Counted from the stretch's first letter, positions 47,208 to 56,611 are shown. The stretch: DNA of 64,000 bases from Candidatus Bathyarchaeia archaeon (GCA_038883335.1 JAVZMI010000007.1:3278-67277); one strand, 5' to 3'. The notes: generated by a model from the letters alone, not told the origin. A program made the numbers and translations.

Positions 47208-48923
47208 TTATCTTTTAACTATTTGGACAGCTTTTATGGCGATGGCTCCGGCGGCGAGGGCTATAGTTGAGACCACGAGGATACTTGTTCCAACCATCAT
47301 TAGTAGCGATGACGCTGAGAGTTCTCCAAGCAGGATTGATATGAGACTGCCCAGCCAGGGTATAGACAGCAACCTGAGGTTAGAGATTCTTGGCGTGTAT
47401 CTTAGCTTACGTTTGAGGCCGTAGAGCAGTACTGCAACTGCAGGAGCGAAGTACACGACGCCAATTAAGGCGCTGGCTATAATGCCTGTAACTACCACGC
47501 TTACCTCGTTATTTACGTTGAATAGACTTCCGACATTTACTGCCAGATGGAGTATCCCTAAGAGTGGGTAGATGATACCCTTCAATAGCATCTTAATTTG
47601 AGGGGATGCAACGATCGAGTCAGCCACGTATGGGCTGAATGAGTAGTACCACCCGTTGAAGACAGTCATAAACTGAGCCCCCGCATAAGTGGCGTAAACG
47701 GTTCTCTCCCTGAATCCTCTGAGGAATTGAACTTCCGGCGCCAATTCAGACCCATATGTCGCGGTAGCTATTAGGCATCCGGTATCCACTACATTGAATG
47801 ACACATCTGAGCTGGTGGCACCTAGATAAGTCTCATCACCAGCCCAGCTGGCGACGACGCTCCAGGAGCCCCCCGCATCTGGTGTGTAGGTGCTTGAGAA
47901 TGAACCATCCACGGCTGTTGTGGCAGTACGTTCAACCGAGACAGCCCCTGCCTTAGTATAGGTGAGCTTGACCGTAGCTCCCCCGATGGGTGGCGTGATC
48001 GCACCTGTGAGAGTTATCGACTCGCCTCTCTTAATGCTCGTTGCTGATGCTGATAGGGATATAGAGGTAGGCGTCTTAGCTGTCTGGCCTGTTACAGCGA
48101 ATATTGAGAGCCCTGGAGACTTTGCTTCATAGTATACAGTGTCCGCATCCTCCTCAACCTCAGTAGTGGGCAAGCTGCTCCATCCAGTCACTTGGTATCT
48201 TTGCAGAGTGATAGTGGAGCGATGTATCTGGTTCGCAGTCATCCACGACTTTTCCACGCCGAAGCCTATTGTAGCATTGGAGATGTCAGTATCTCCAATG
48301 TTTGTTTTATCTATAGATATGTAATGGTATACCTTGCCTGTAACGTTCACAGTTACGGAGGCGGGTTTATCAGGTAGCTTTGTGATATTAATCGCGATGT
48401 TGTTCACGTTGTTTATAACTGAGATGATAATCGACCTTACCGCGAGATCCTCCGTCTTTGTTATGGTTACATCAGCTCTTCCACCTGCAATAACCCTAGG
48501 AACCACAATGTACGCACGCCCTCGACTAGTGGCCACCTGCGGCGCCTCCTCTGACACCTGGAAGGTAGCAGTCTTCACGACGCCTCCCTGGCTAGCCACA
48601 ACAGTGTAGACGCCTTCAACCGCGTTCTGGGGCAACTTGAAGTGGCGTTGATATGCCCCCCCAGCGCCCGGTTCGGCTGTCACCAGCCAGATAACAGTCC
48701 CATTCGGATCAGTTACTTGAATGGCTACGTATGCGTTCCTTGAGGCGACGCCTGATATGGTTACAGAATCCCCTGGCGGATATATCGCCCTGTCAGTCTT
48801 TATCTGCTCAACTTGCGCCCACACAGGAGAAGCCCATGCTGCAGCTACGCTCAATACAGTTATAATTAGGAGAGGCACAGCTACAACTATGTTTAGGTTA
48901 TCTCCTCTCAGTTTCAGAGCCAT
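47208..48923 (-). CDS. secreted/surface protein with a conserved Cys-containing C-terminal membrane-anchor domain
   Basis: An N-terminal signal peptide (VAVPLLIITVLSVAAAWASPVWA) is followed by a T/S/V-rich beta-strand-rich ectodomain. Then come TGCLIATATYGSELAPEVQFLRGFRERTV and two or three C-terminal TM helices. Confidence 0.6.
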   Translation of the reverse strand: MALKLRGDNLNIVVAVPLLIITVLSVAAAWASPVWAQVEQIKTDRAIYPPGDSVTISGVASRNAYVAIQVTDPNGTVIWLVTAEPGAGGAYQRHFKLPQNAVEGVYTVVASQGGVVKTATFQVSEEAPQVATSRGRAYIVVPRVIAGGRADVTITKTEDLAVRSIIISVINNVNNIAINITKLPDKPASVTVNVTGKVYHYISIDKTNIGDTDISNATIGFGVEKSWMTANQIHRSTITLQRYQVTGWSSLPTTEVEEDADTVYYEAKSPGLSIFAVTGQTAKTPTSISLSASATSIKRGESITLTGAITPPIGGATVKLTYTKAGAVSVERTATTAVDGSFSSTYTPDAGGSWSVVASWAGDETYLGATSSDVSFNVVDTGCLIATATYGSELAPEVQFLRGFRERTVYATYAGAQFMTVFNGWYYSFSPYVADSIVASPQIKMLLKGIIYPLLGILHLAVNVGSLFNVNNEVSVVVTGIIASALIGVVYFAPAVAVLLYGLKRKLRYTPRISNLRLLSIPWLGSLISILLGELSASSLLMMVGTSILVVSTIALAAGAIAIKAVQIVKR

Positions 48924-48988
48924 GAAATCTCTTTTTTGGGCCTTTGAGCTTTTAAGCCTTTAGATAAACATATGCAACCTAGCGAGCG

Positions 48989-49246
48989 TTATTCTTCGAT
49001 ATAGTCTATTGAGCAATCTATAAGTATACCCCGGAGTTTGGGTTTAATCACCTCGACTACCTCACCTGTCTCAGCTCTCATAGCGAAGCTATCTATTGTT
49101 GATAAATCGACAGGTCTATTGTGAATGATCTCACATATCCAGGCATCAGACTCCTCAGGCTTCTCGACTATTATCCGGCCGCCAGGTATGATAGTGCCGT
49201 CGGCTAACTCGACTTCCTCTTTCGAAATGTACCTTTTACACTCCAC
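48989..49246 (-). CDS. hypothetical protein
   Basis: The 85 aa ORF has no recognised family. Confidence 0.3.
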   Translation of the reverse strand: MECKRYISKEEVELADGTIIPGGRIIVEKPEESDAWICEIIHNRPVDLSTIDSFAMRAETGEVVEVIKPKLRGILIDCSIDYIEE

Positions 49247-49530
49247 ACAACAGCCTTACATACTGGCGTCTATAAAGTCTTCCATACATTAATCCCAACA
49301 TTTTGGTCAAGACACGTATCCCAACATCGCAACCGTACTAAAATCAAGGAAAATCCCGGCAGTTTACCTGTTCAACCTTTTCTCTTCCACTTAAGGTGGT
49401 TAATCTCGCCATTTCCAACCTTCCATAAATATCCACATAGCATGCATGTGAGGGAGGGAACTTTCGCGTAGTAAACCAACGCGATACTAGTAGAGTTAGG
49501 TATTTGAATCTCATTTAATAAGATTTGATT

Positions 49531-49829
49531 ATGCAGTTGGATTTAACGCCCCTGCTGGCTTCTTTTGGCATAATAGCCGCAGCTGAGCTGGGATATAAAA
49601 CGCAGCTTACCGCGATACTCCTCGCGGCAATATACGCCAACCCCACGTGGGTCTTCATAGGTGTGATGGCTTCTTACTCTGCCTTGACTGCGGCTGTGTG
49701 GTAATTGAATTCAGGGTCTCAAGATTGATTCCGATTGAAAGGATGAAAGTGATCTCAGCGGCGATACTCATTTTGTTCGGCATATTATTCTTGCTCAACT
49801 CAGAAGGTAGCTTCTCAGCTCTGTTGTAA
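49531..49829 (+). pseudogene. UPF0016 (GDT1/TMEM165) family single-domain membrane protein, interrupted by a +1 frameshift
   Basis: The first frame gives MQLDLTPLLASFGIIAAAELGYKTQLTAILLAAIYANPTWVFIGVMASYSALTAAVW* with the family E-x-G-D/Y-K-T motif. The downstream frame continues VIEFRVSRLIPIERMKVISAAILILFGILFLL, the typical C-terminal helix. The two are joined by one frameshift near 49690-49700. Confidence 0.5.
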
Positions 49830-50161
49830 AAGAATGGTGTTATCACGTTTTCATTACAAGGCAGTTGGTCACATTATCTGTAAGTGGATGACGAAAAGTA
49901 TGAGCCATGGTCTGAATATTTATGGTGTAGAACAGTCGAGGACGTTGACTAAAGCCCAAAATACCTCAACCACCGTGTTACTCTTGACAGGGGTCGAAGT
50001 ATGGTAATAAGGCTACCAGTATACTCGTTCTCGTTGGCAGGGGGTATCAACTCTAGAAGTTTTATGGGAGACTCACGCATGTAGTTGGTGTAATGGTGTT
50101 AGTGGTGTAAATGTGGGATCCTCTTAGGGGGTAGCTGTGAACATACTGAATTTTAGGGGGG

Positions 50162-50872
50162 TTGAAGAGTTTATTAGGTGGGTTAGGGCTGGCTTCGGGT
50201 GGTGAGGTGGAGAGTTCGGATCTTCTCGACGAGCCGCCTCGGCTACTGAAGAGGGGTGCTGAGGCTGATCTTTACATTAGCACTTTTGAGGGTTACAAGG
50301 TCATAGTTAAGAGAAGAGTCTGCAAAAGTTATAGGCTTCCAGAACTCGACAGGAGGATACGTGAATACCGAACATCTCATGAAGCACAACTACTCCACGA
50401 GGCCAAAGTGGCAGGCGTCCCAACTCCTATCATATTCTTCGTAGACAGAGTAAACTTCGAGATAATCATGCTGTATATTGAGGGTGTACGTTTGAGAGAC
50501 TGCCTTGGTGAGATGAGCGAGCCCCAGCGGAGTAGAATTTGCCGCACTGTAGGGTACTCAATTGCTCTCCTCCACCGCAACGAGATCGTCCACGGCGACC
50601 TCACGACTTCCAATCTCATATTAACCGCGGATGGGCGACTCTTCTTCGTAGACTTCGGCCTCGGCTTCCACTCAAGAAGTCTAGAAGACCAAGGTGTTGA
50701 CCTCTTCCTATTGCTGAGGGCACTCCAAAGTTACCACTACCGTTACGCAAAAAGTTGCTTTACCGAAGTCATGAAGGGTTACGGTAAAGTGGTTGGTAGT
50801 AGAAAACTCTCCGAGGTTGAAGCAAAGATCGAGGAGATAAGAAGGAGAGGGCGCTATGTCCTAGAGAGGTAG
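50162..50872 (+). CDS. bud32: Bud32/PRPK atypical protein kinase (KEOPS)
   Basis: It reads LLKRGAEADLYISTFEGYKVIVKRRVCKSYRLPELDRRIR, the catalytic loop HGDLTTSNLIL and VDFGL. The start codon is uncertain (TTG in the track). Confidence 0.8.
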   Translation: MKSLLGGLGLASGGEVESSDLLDEPPRLLKRGAEADLYISTFEGYKVIVKRRVCKSYRLPELDRRIREYRTSHEAQLLHEAKVAGVPTPIIFFVDRVNFEIIMLYIEGVRLRDCLGEMSEPQRSRICRTVGYSIALLHRNEIVHGDLTTSNLILTADGRLFFVDFGLGFHSRSLEDQGVDLFLLLRALQSYHYRYAKSCFTEVMKGYGKVVGSRKLSEVEAKIEEIRRRGRYVLER

Positions 50873-50875
50873 AGG

Positions 50876-51478
50876 ATGGTTGAACCTATGCCCAGAATTG
50901 AGAGTTCAGATAATAAGTGGAGCCCGGTATATTTTGCTACAACAAATAGTGGAAAGTTTGCGGAAGTTGCGGCTTTAGCCTCAGAGTACGGTATAGTGTT
51001 AAGGCGTTTAGATCTAAAGCCGCCTGAGATCCAGTCTGAGAGGCTTGAAGATGTCGCAAGCAACTCTGCCCTTCAACTTTTGAGAGATGGCAACCCTCTA
51101 CCACTACTAGTTGAGGACGCGGGCCTCTTCATATATGCCTTGAACGGATTCCCGGGACCCTTCTCATCGTATGTATATGCCAAACTTGGTGTTGAAGGCA
51201 TACTTAGACTACTTGAGGATATGGATGACAGGAGGGCATACTTTGAGTCTGTGGTCGCTTATGCTTATGGTGAGGGGCAACCTCTCCTCTTTGAAGGTAA
51301 GGTTGAAGGGGTAATAGTTCACCAAAGCCGAGGAAGATACGGCTTCGGTTTCGACCCAATTTTCCAACCTCTCGACAAGCACCAGACCTTCGCGGAGATG
51401 ACCATGGAAGAAAAGAACAGCTGCTCGCATAGAGCGAAGGCGTTCAGGAAGTTCGCCGGTTGGTACACTACAAAATGA
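50876..51478 (+). CDS. non-canonical purine NTP pyrophosphatase (Ham1/RdgB, dITP/XTPase)
   Basis: It has VYFATTNSGKFAEV, EDAGLFIYALNGFPGPFSSY and GFGFDPIF. Confidence 0.8.
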   Translation: MVEPMPRIESSDNKWSPVYFATTNSGKFAEVAALASEYGIVLRRLDLKPPEIQSERLEDVASNSALQLLRDGNPLPLLVEDAGLFIYALNGFPGPFSSYVYAKLGVEGILRLLEDMDDRRAYFESVVAYAYGEGQPLLFEGKVEGVIVHQSRGRYGFGFDPIFQPLDKHQTFAEMTMEEKNSCSHRAKAFRKFAGWYTTK

Positions 51479-51784
51479 GCACGCCTAGAAGGTGACATGC
51501 GAATATGAGAGCCAAATAACCCTACCACATGAGACGAGGCATATTAGCCAACATAACCTAAGCCTATAGGCGTTGAAATAAAATCCCCTACATAGGGGAA
51601 TTATATGCTATTAGCTTTAGCACAACAGAAAGTTAGAATTTTTAGGCTATGGTTTAATTTTCCCATTTTCGTCAGCTAACCACATTGAGCCGAGTGCGTT
51701 AACTTAAGGATGCCTATCTAATGCTTTGCCGTAAAGTATAATAGAAGACGATTCTCTTTTAGAAAGTGTTCGGAGGTTGCTAAG

Positions 51785-52234
51785 CTGGCAAGAGTTCACG
51801 CCCCAAAGAGAGGGAGCTCACAGTCCACCCGACCTGTAACCAAGAGAGCCCCCTCATGGTGCAGCTACAGACCTGAAGAGGTGGAGTCTTTAGTAATAAA
51901 ACTGGCTAGGGAGGGACAGCCAGCCGACATGATCGGCGGAATACTCAGAGATCAGTATGGCATCCCGCTGGTAAAGGCGATAACGGGGAAGAAGATCAAC
52001 CAGATACTCGAGGAGGCAAAACTCACCCCACAACTCCCTGAGGATCTGGCGATGCTACTGAAAAAAGCCAGTAGGATGCAGCGTCATGTAGAGAAGAACA
52101 AGGCAGATCGTAGAAGCATCCATAACCTCCAACTCCTCGAGTCGCGCATTCACAACCTCTCAGTCTATTATAAGAAGAGGAAACTTCTACCTGAAGGCTG
52201 GAAGTACAAATCTGTAGTCGGCTCCTTCATATGA
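51785..52234 (+). CDS. rps15: 30S ribosomal protein S15 (uS15, S13e)
   Basis: The track ORF (from GTG at 51881) lacks the conserved N-terminus. The frame is open upstream to 51722 and encodes LARVHAPKRGSSQSTRPVTKRAPSWCSYRPEEVE, matching the archaeal uS15 N-terminus MARMHARKRGKSGS...PEEVE. There is no ATG, GTG or TTG at the expected Met; the codon there is CTG. Confidence 0.7.
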   Translation: MARVHAPKRGSSQSTRPVTKRAPSWCSYRPEEVESLVIKLAREGQPADMIGGILRDQYGIPLVKAITGKKINQILEEAKLTPQLPEDLAMLLKKASRMQRHVEKNKADRRSIHNLQLLESRIHNLSVYYKKRKLLPEGWKYKSVVGSFI

Positions 52235-52253
52235 CCCCAGTAGGCTAGCTGGG

Positions 52254-53699
52254 ATGACTCATAATCTCGACGCCTTTCTTAAAGGCTGCGAAAATATTGC
52301 AGATAAGATTCTGCGGCATATCGAGAAAGGAGACCTTATTCAGATAGTCTCCCACCTAGACGCAGATGGTGTAGCCGCTGGTTCAATCATGGCTAAGGCT
52401 ATCCACAGGTTGGGAGGCAACTTCAGCCTTAGAGTGGCAAAGCAGGTGGATGAGCGGCTCATAGAGCGAATGCTCCAAGTTAAGGCTAAGCTCTATATCT
52501 TCGCGGAAATTGGAAGTGGCTACCTCGACCTTCTCACGAGGATACGAGAGGCTGAGGTTCTGGTGATTGACCACCATAAGCCCCTCGAGGGAAGCTACCC
52601 TAGTATCGCCATGGTAAACCCGCACCTCTACGGGATCGACGGGGCAAGTGAAATCAGCGGAGCGGGGGTCTGCTACATCGTTGCGAAGAAGCTCAGCCAA
52701 GAGAATATCGACCTCTCGCCACTTGGGGTTGTAGGCGCTCTAGGTGACCTTCAAGATAAGAATGAGAAGAGAAGCCTCACCGGATTGAACCAAGTAATAG
52801 TAGAGGACGCTGTCGACGGCGGCTACCTTGAGGTGAGAACTGACCTCCTATTCTATGGAAGAGAAACCCGGCCGATCTATAAGGCGATAGCCTCTACAAT
52901 GAACCCCTTTATTCCTGGGCTGAGTGGAGAGGAGGGCAATAGTCTAGGCTTCCTCGTGAATCTCGGAATTCCACTCAAGGCTGGAGAAAAGTTCCGTACA
53001 CTAGCAGACCTCACCGCGGAGGAGAAGCAACGAATCTACTCTGAGTTGACTAAATACCTATCCTCAAAGGGATTTACGAGCAGTTTAATCATCAGCCTGA
53101 TAGGATCCGTTTACACCCTTCTCAAGGAGGATAGACTGACCCCTATGAGGGACGGTAGAGAGTTTGCCTCACTTCTTAACGCTTGCGCTCGAATGGATAA
53201 ACCCGGCGTCGCCGTAGCTCTCTGCATGGGTGATAGAGGGGAAGCTCTAAACGAGGCGCAGAACATTCTCAGCGAGTATCGGAAAGTCATCTCAAGATAT
53301 ATGGGGCACCTTCTAGGTGAGGCTCGAGAACGTATTAGAGATCTGGAAAATATCTGCATCGTGGATTGCGAGGGAATCGTTGACGAGAACCTCCTAAGCC
53401 CGGTTGCGAGCATTCTCTCCACATCGGGTGTCCTAAACCAGGAGAAACCTCTCCTCTTCCTGACAAGGACGAGGGAAGGTGAGGTAAAGGTTTCAGCTAG
53501 AGCTAGCGAGACTCTCGTAGGGAGAGGCTTAAGCGTCGGCACTATAATGCAGACTGCGGCTGAACGGGTGAAGGGGAGGGGAGGAGGACATAGTGTGGCA
53601 GCTGGTGCCAATATCCCCCATGATCAAAAAGACAACTTTATACGGCTAGTTGACCAACTAGCAAAAAGTGCACTGTTGAAGAGCGATGTTCAAAGCTAG
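52254..53699 (+). CDS. RecJ-like DHH phosphoesterase (archaeal GAN/Cdc45-RecJ homolog)
   Basis: It has the DHH motifs IVSHLDADGVAAGS and VIDHHKP, and the DHHA1 GGGH motif (RGGGHSVAAGANIP). Confidence 0.75.
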   Translation: MTHNLDAFLKGCENIADKILRHIEKGDLIQIVSHLDADGVAAGSIMAKAIHRLGGNFSLRVAKQVDERLIERMLQVKAKLYIFAEIGSGYLDLLTRIREAEVLVIDHHKPLEGSYPSIAMVNPHLYGIDGASEISGAGVCYIVAKKLSQENIDLSPLGVVGALGDLQDKNEKRSLTGLNQVIVEDAVDGGYLEVRTDLLFYGRETRPIYKAIASTMNPFIPGLSGEEGNSLGFLVNLGIPLKAGEKFRTLADLTAEEKQRIYSELTKYLSSKGFTSSLIISLIGSVYTLLKEDRLTPMRDGREFASLLNACARMDKPGVAVALCMGDRGEALNEAQNILSEYRKVISRYMGHLLGEARERIRDLENICIVDCEGIVDENLLSPVASILSTSGVLNQEKPLLFLTRTREGEVKVSARASETLVGRGLSVGTIMQTAAERVKGRGGGHSVAAGANIPHDQKDNFIRLVDQLAKSALLKSDVQS

Positions 53700-53925
53700 G
53701 ATCGAGGTAAGGTGCCCAAGCCGTCGTCACGCTGAGGCTATAGCTGAGAGCTTATCTCCAGACAATAGAGATGTACCAGCTAACCTAAAGGTTAAGACTG
53801 AGAGCGACGGAAAGAGTGTCGTAACCATCATAGAATGTGTAGGGAGGTATGAGACCTTCTTGGCGACCTTGGATGACCTCCTCACCTGTGTCCAGACAGC
53901 TCAGAGTAGCTTGGAGGTGTTATAG
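53686..53925 (+). CDS. pcc1: KEOPS complex subunit Pcc1
   Basis: The 79 aa protein reads ARIEVRCPSRRHAEAIAESLSPDN...VVTIIECVGRYETFLATLDDLLTCVQTAQ. It overlaps the recJ-like gene by 14 nt and abuts the next gene. Confidence 0.6.
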   Translation: MFKARIEVRCPSRRHAEAIAESLSPDNRDVPANLKVKTESDGKSVVTIIECVGRYETFLATLDDLLTCVQTAQSSLEVL

Positions 53926-55509
53926 TTGAGTGAAGAGATAACTATCTTGGTCTCGGGAAAAATAGCCTTCAGCAAGAACGCCGAGGAGGCTGAGGACACG
54001 ATAGCTGCCCTGGTGGAGAAGTCCAACAGGGAACTCTTTGTGAGTGGTATCCCCTCAAGCCGCACTAAAGTTGCCACAAAGATAGTTGACTGGAGCATTG
54101 AAGGTGAATCCCTAAACCTTACCATAATCTCTGGAACCTACGCTAGAGCCCCTGCAGCACTCCTGAGGTTCCGTAAACTCTTAGCTGAAGAAGTTGGTGC
54201 AAAATACCGTATTGGTGTACGTGAAGTTGAGGCCCCTGCTATCACCATAAAAATTCCAACCAGCCAATTGAGTGAACAGACACTAGAGAGAATCCGAGGT
54301 ATGAGCTATGTAAGGGATGCAAACTATGAGGAGGGAAAACTCAGCGTCACATTGAAGCCTATAAAGGAGGGAGAGTTGAAACGAAACATCCCCGACAGAG
54401 TTATGGCTATGGTCTCGTCGATAGTTGCGGAAGCAACTAAGGCGGGGACTGCAGCAGTAGCGCTTTCCACGCCTGTTGTCCGAAGGGGCGATGTAAAACC
54501 TGTTAGGTTTAGGCGAGAGCCTTCGGAAGTCGCTGCAGAGCTAGGGTGGATAAAGGAGTTTCCAGGGAGAGGCCAGTGGATTTATACTCCACCTTACACG
54601 AAGCTGTTGGAGCTCATGGAGGAGATACTCCTGAATGAGGTGATACGGCCGATGGGCTTCCAGCCATTCATGCTCCCGAAGCTTATACCGCTTGAGGTCA
54701 TGCGGAGGATGCCAGGATATCTGGAGGATATCCCGGAGGGGATGTATTACGTCTGTCATCCACCCCGAGAGCCTGAAGCCTTCGCAAAATTCAAGGAGAC
54801 GGTGAAGATAACTAAATCTGTGCCTAAGGGGCTACTGAAGGAGATAGTCAAAGAGCCAGAGTACGTCCTCGCTCCTGCACAGTGTGAGCCTTTCTGGTAT
54901 TTCTTCAGCCACGAAACAGTAAAGGTGGAGGATCTCCCCTTCAAGTTCTATGACAGAGCAGGATGGACTTACAGGTGGGAAGGAGGAGGAGTTGAGGGAC
55001 TCACTCGGATTCACGAATTTCGACGCATAGAGCTAGGCTACCTTGGAACACCTGAACAGGTTGTGAAACTTAGAGACTCTGTGAGAGACCGCCTATTGGA
55101 TGTTGTGGAAAATATCCTCGATATGGAGTGGAGGGTAGTGGCAGCTACTCCATTCTACATGAAAGGCGGCGAGGTAGGGGACACCAGCCAGAGCCAGAAC
55201 GTAGCCGCATACGACATCGAGGTATACCTCCCCTATAGAGGGGAACGGGATAAGGCTGAGTGGCTGGAGATTGCCGCCTGCTTCATACATAGAACCAAGT
55301 TCGTTGAGAGCTTCAGCATCCACGAAGCCAAGGGCCGACCTATTTGGACAGGGTGCACTGGAATTGGGATCTCAAGGTGGGTGGCAGCCTTCTTGGCTAC
55401 CCATGGTTTTAATCCTGAAAACTGGCCCAAACCGATTAGTGAACGCTTCGGCGACTATGAGTTACCCAGAACTCTACTCTGGCCTAAGGAGAGGGGGCAG
55501 GAAAGCTGA
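53926..55509 (+). CDS. serS: seryl-tRNA synthetase, atypical methanogen-type (class II aaRS)
   Basis: The N-terminal domain (LTIISGTYARAPAALLRFRKLLAEEVGAKYRIGVREVEAPAITIKIP...RNIPDRVMAMV) matches the methanogen-type SerRS N-domain from memory. The class II core has motif 2 (GLTRIHEFRRIELGY), motif 3 (WTGCTGIGISRWVAAFLATHG) and putative Zn-ligand Cys/Glu (APAQCEPFW, TGC). Confidence 0.6.
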   Translation: MSEEITILVSGKIAFSKNAEEAEDTIAALVEKSNRELFVSGIPSSRTKVATKIVDWSIEGESLNLTIISGTYARAPAALLRFRKLLAEEVGAKYRIGVREVEAPAITIKIPTSQLSEQTLERIRGMSYVRDANYEEGKLSVTLKPIKEGELKRNIPDRVMAMVSSIVAEATKAGTAAVALSTPVVRRGDVKPVRFRREPSEVAAELGWIKEFPGRGQWIYTPPYTKLLELMEEILLNEVIRPMGFQPFMLPKLIPLEVMRRMPGYLEDIPEGMYYVCHPPREPEAFAKFKETVKITKSVPKGLLKEIVKEPEYVLAPAQCEPFWYFFSHETVKVEDLPFKFYDRAGWTYRWEGGGVEGLTRIHEFRRIELGYLGTPEQVVKLRDSVRDRLLDVVENILDMEWRVVAATPFYMKGGEVGDTSQSQNVAAYDIEVYLPYRGERDKAEWLEIAACFIHRTKFVESFSIHEAKGRPIWTGCTGIGISRWVAAFLATHGFNPENWPKPISERFGDYELPRTLLWPKERGQES

Positions 55510-55913
55510 TGTGAGGCAGTAGCCCCATATCTTCAGCGCTCTAGATTTCTTTCCGGCTTTCCAGATAAACCTCCAGAAGTTGGATTCTGAGGTGAACCTA
55601 CATGTGTAACAGTCTAAATGGGGCATGAGTACGGGGAGTATTAAGAGACTGACTTCGCTGAGGTTGGAAGCGGCGAGTATAAGGGGGCCAGCCGGATAGG
55701 GGCAAAGGTTAAGAAACTGTTAAAAAGTTATTTGCTTTATTTATGTAGCTTTAATCATATTGATCAACCTGCGGTCTTCTTTTCCACGCAATAAAACAGT
55801 CGCACTGAAGACGGAGCTATTTTTATGCCAGCGTATCCGACTGCGCGACTATACTCTTATTAACTTCTGGTTTAATATACCGTATCCTATCTCAGAGTTG
55901 ATGGGGAAAAGTC

Positions 55914-56537
55914 TTGTCAGCCAAGAAGGGCGTCCGTGTAAAGGATAAGTGGCGGCTGAAGACCTGGTATACCGTATACACGCCACCCTATTTTGGTAGC
56001 CAAGAGTTTGCCACAGTGCCAGCGGCAGATGATTCAAGGATCCTCGGAAGAGTCATAGAGACAACTCTATATGACTTAACCAAGCAGGACATCTCCCAGA
56101 GCAACATAAAGATCTATTTTCAGATCATCTCTACCCAAGGTATGAGAGCCGATACTGTCTTCAAAGGCCATGAGTATGCGAGAGAATATCTACGCAGCAT
56201 AGTCAGGAGGGGAGGTTCTCGCGTTGACGGTATCTATAATCTAGAGACTAAAGATGGCTACCGGTTGAGGGTCCAAGCAACAACCTTCACCAAGAAAAGG
56301 GTGAACCACTCCCGTGAGACCGCAATAAGAAAGATCACAGAAGAGATCCTCCTAGACAAGGCTAAGAATCTAACCTTAGATCAATTGGTTCAGGAGATGG
56401 TCCTCGGCAAGGTTGGTTCGGACATATACAACCGTGCCACTAAGATAGCACCCCTACGCCATGTAGGCGTAATCAAGTCGAAGCTCCTAGCTGCTCCGCC
56501 TCCCTTAACAGAGAAAGCAGTACCCGTGGTAGCCTGA
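55914..56537 (+). CDS. rps3ae: 30S ribosomal protein S3Ae (eS1)
   Basis: It reads SAKKGVRVKDKWRLKTWYTVYTPPYFGSQEFATVPA. It probably starts at TTG. Confidence 0.8.
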   Translation: MSAKKGVRVKDKWRLKTWYTVYTPPYFGSQEFATVPAADDSRILGRVIETTLYDLTKQDISQSNIKIYFQIISTQGMRADTVFKGHEYAREYLRSIVRRGGSRVDGIYNLETKDGYRLRVQATTFTKKRVNHSRETAIRKITEEILLDKAKNLTLDQLVQEMVLGKVGSDIYNRATKIAPLRHVGVIKSKLLAAPPPLTEKAVPVVA

Positions 56538-56611
56538 AAGCTTGAGAAAATCAAAGCGGATTAGGCTTATTTATATGACGCAACATCCTGCTTCAGTTTA
56601 GGGCGAACTCT

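Noticed and set aside
51586-51602. Perfect 6-bp hairpin TCCCCT-ACAT-AGGGGA downstream of ham1
   Set aside because: It is too short and isolated to call a terminator or binding site. Archaeal termination usually relies on T-tracts, and some are nearby.
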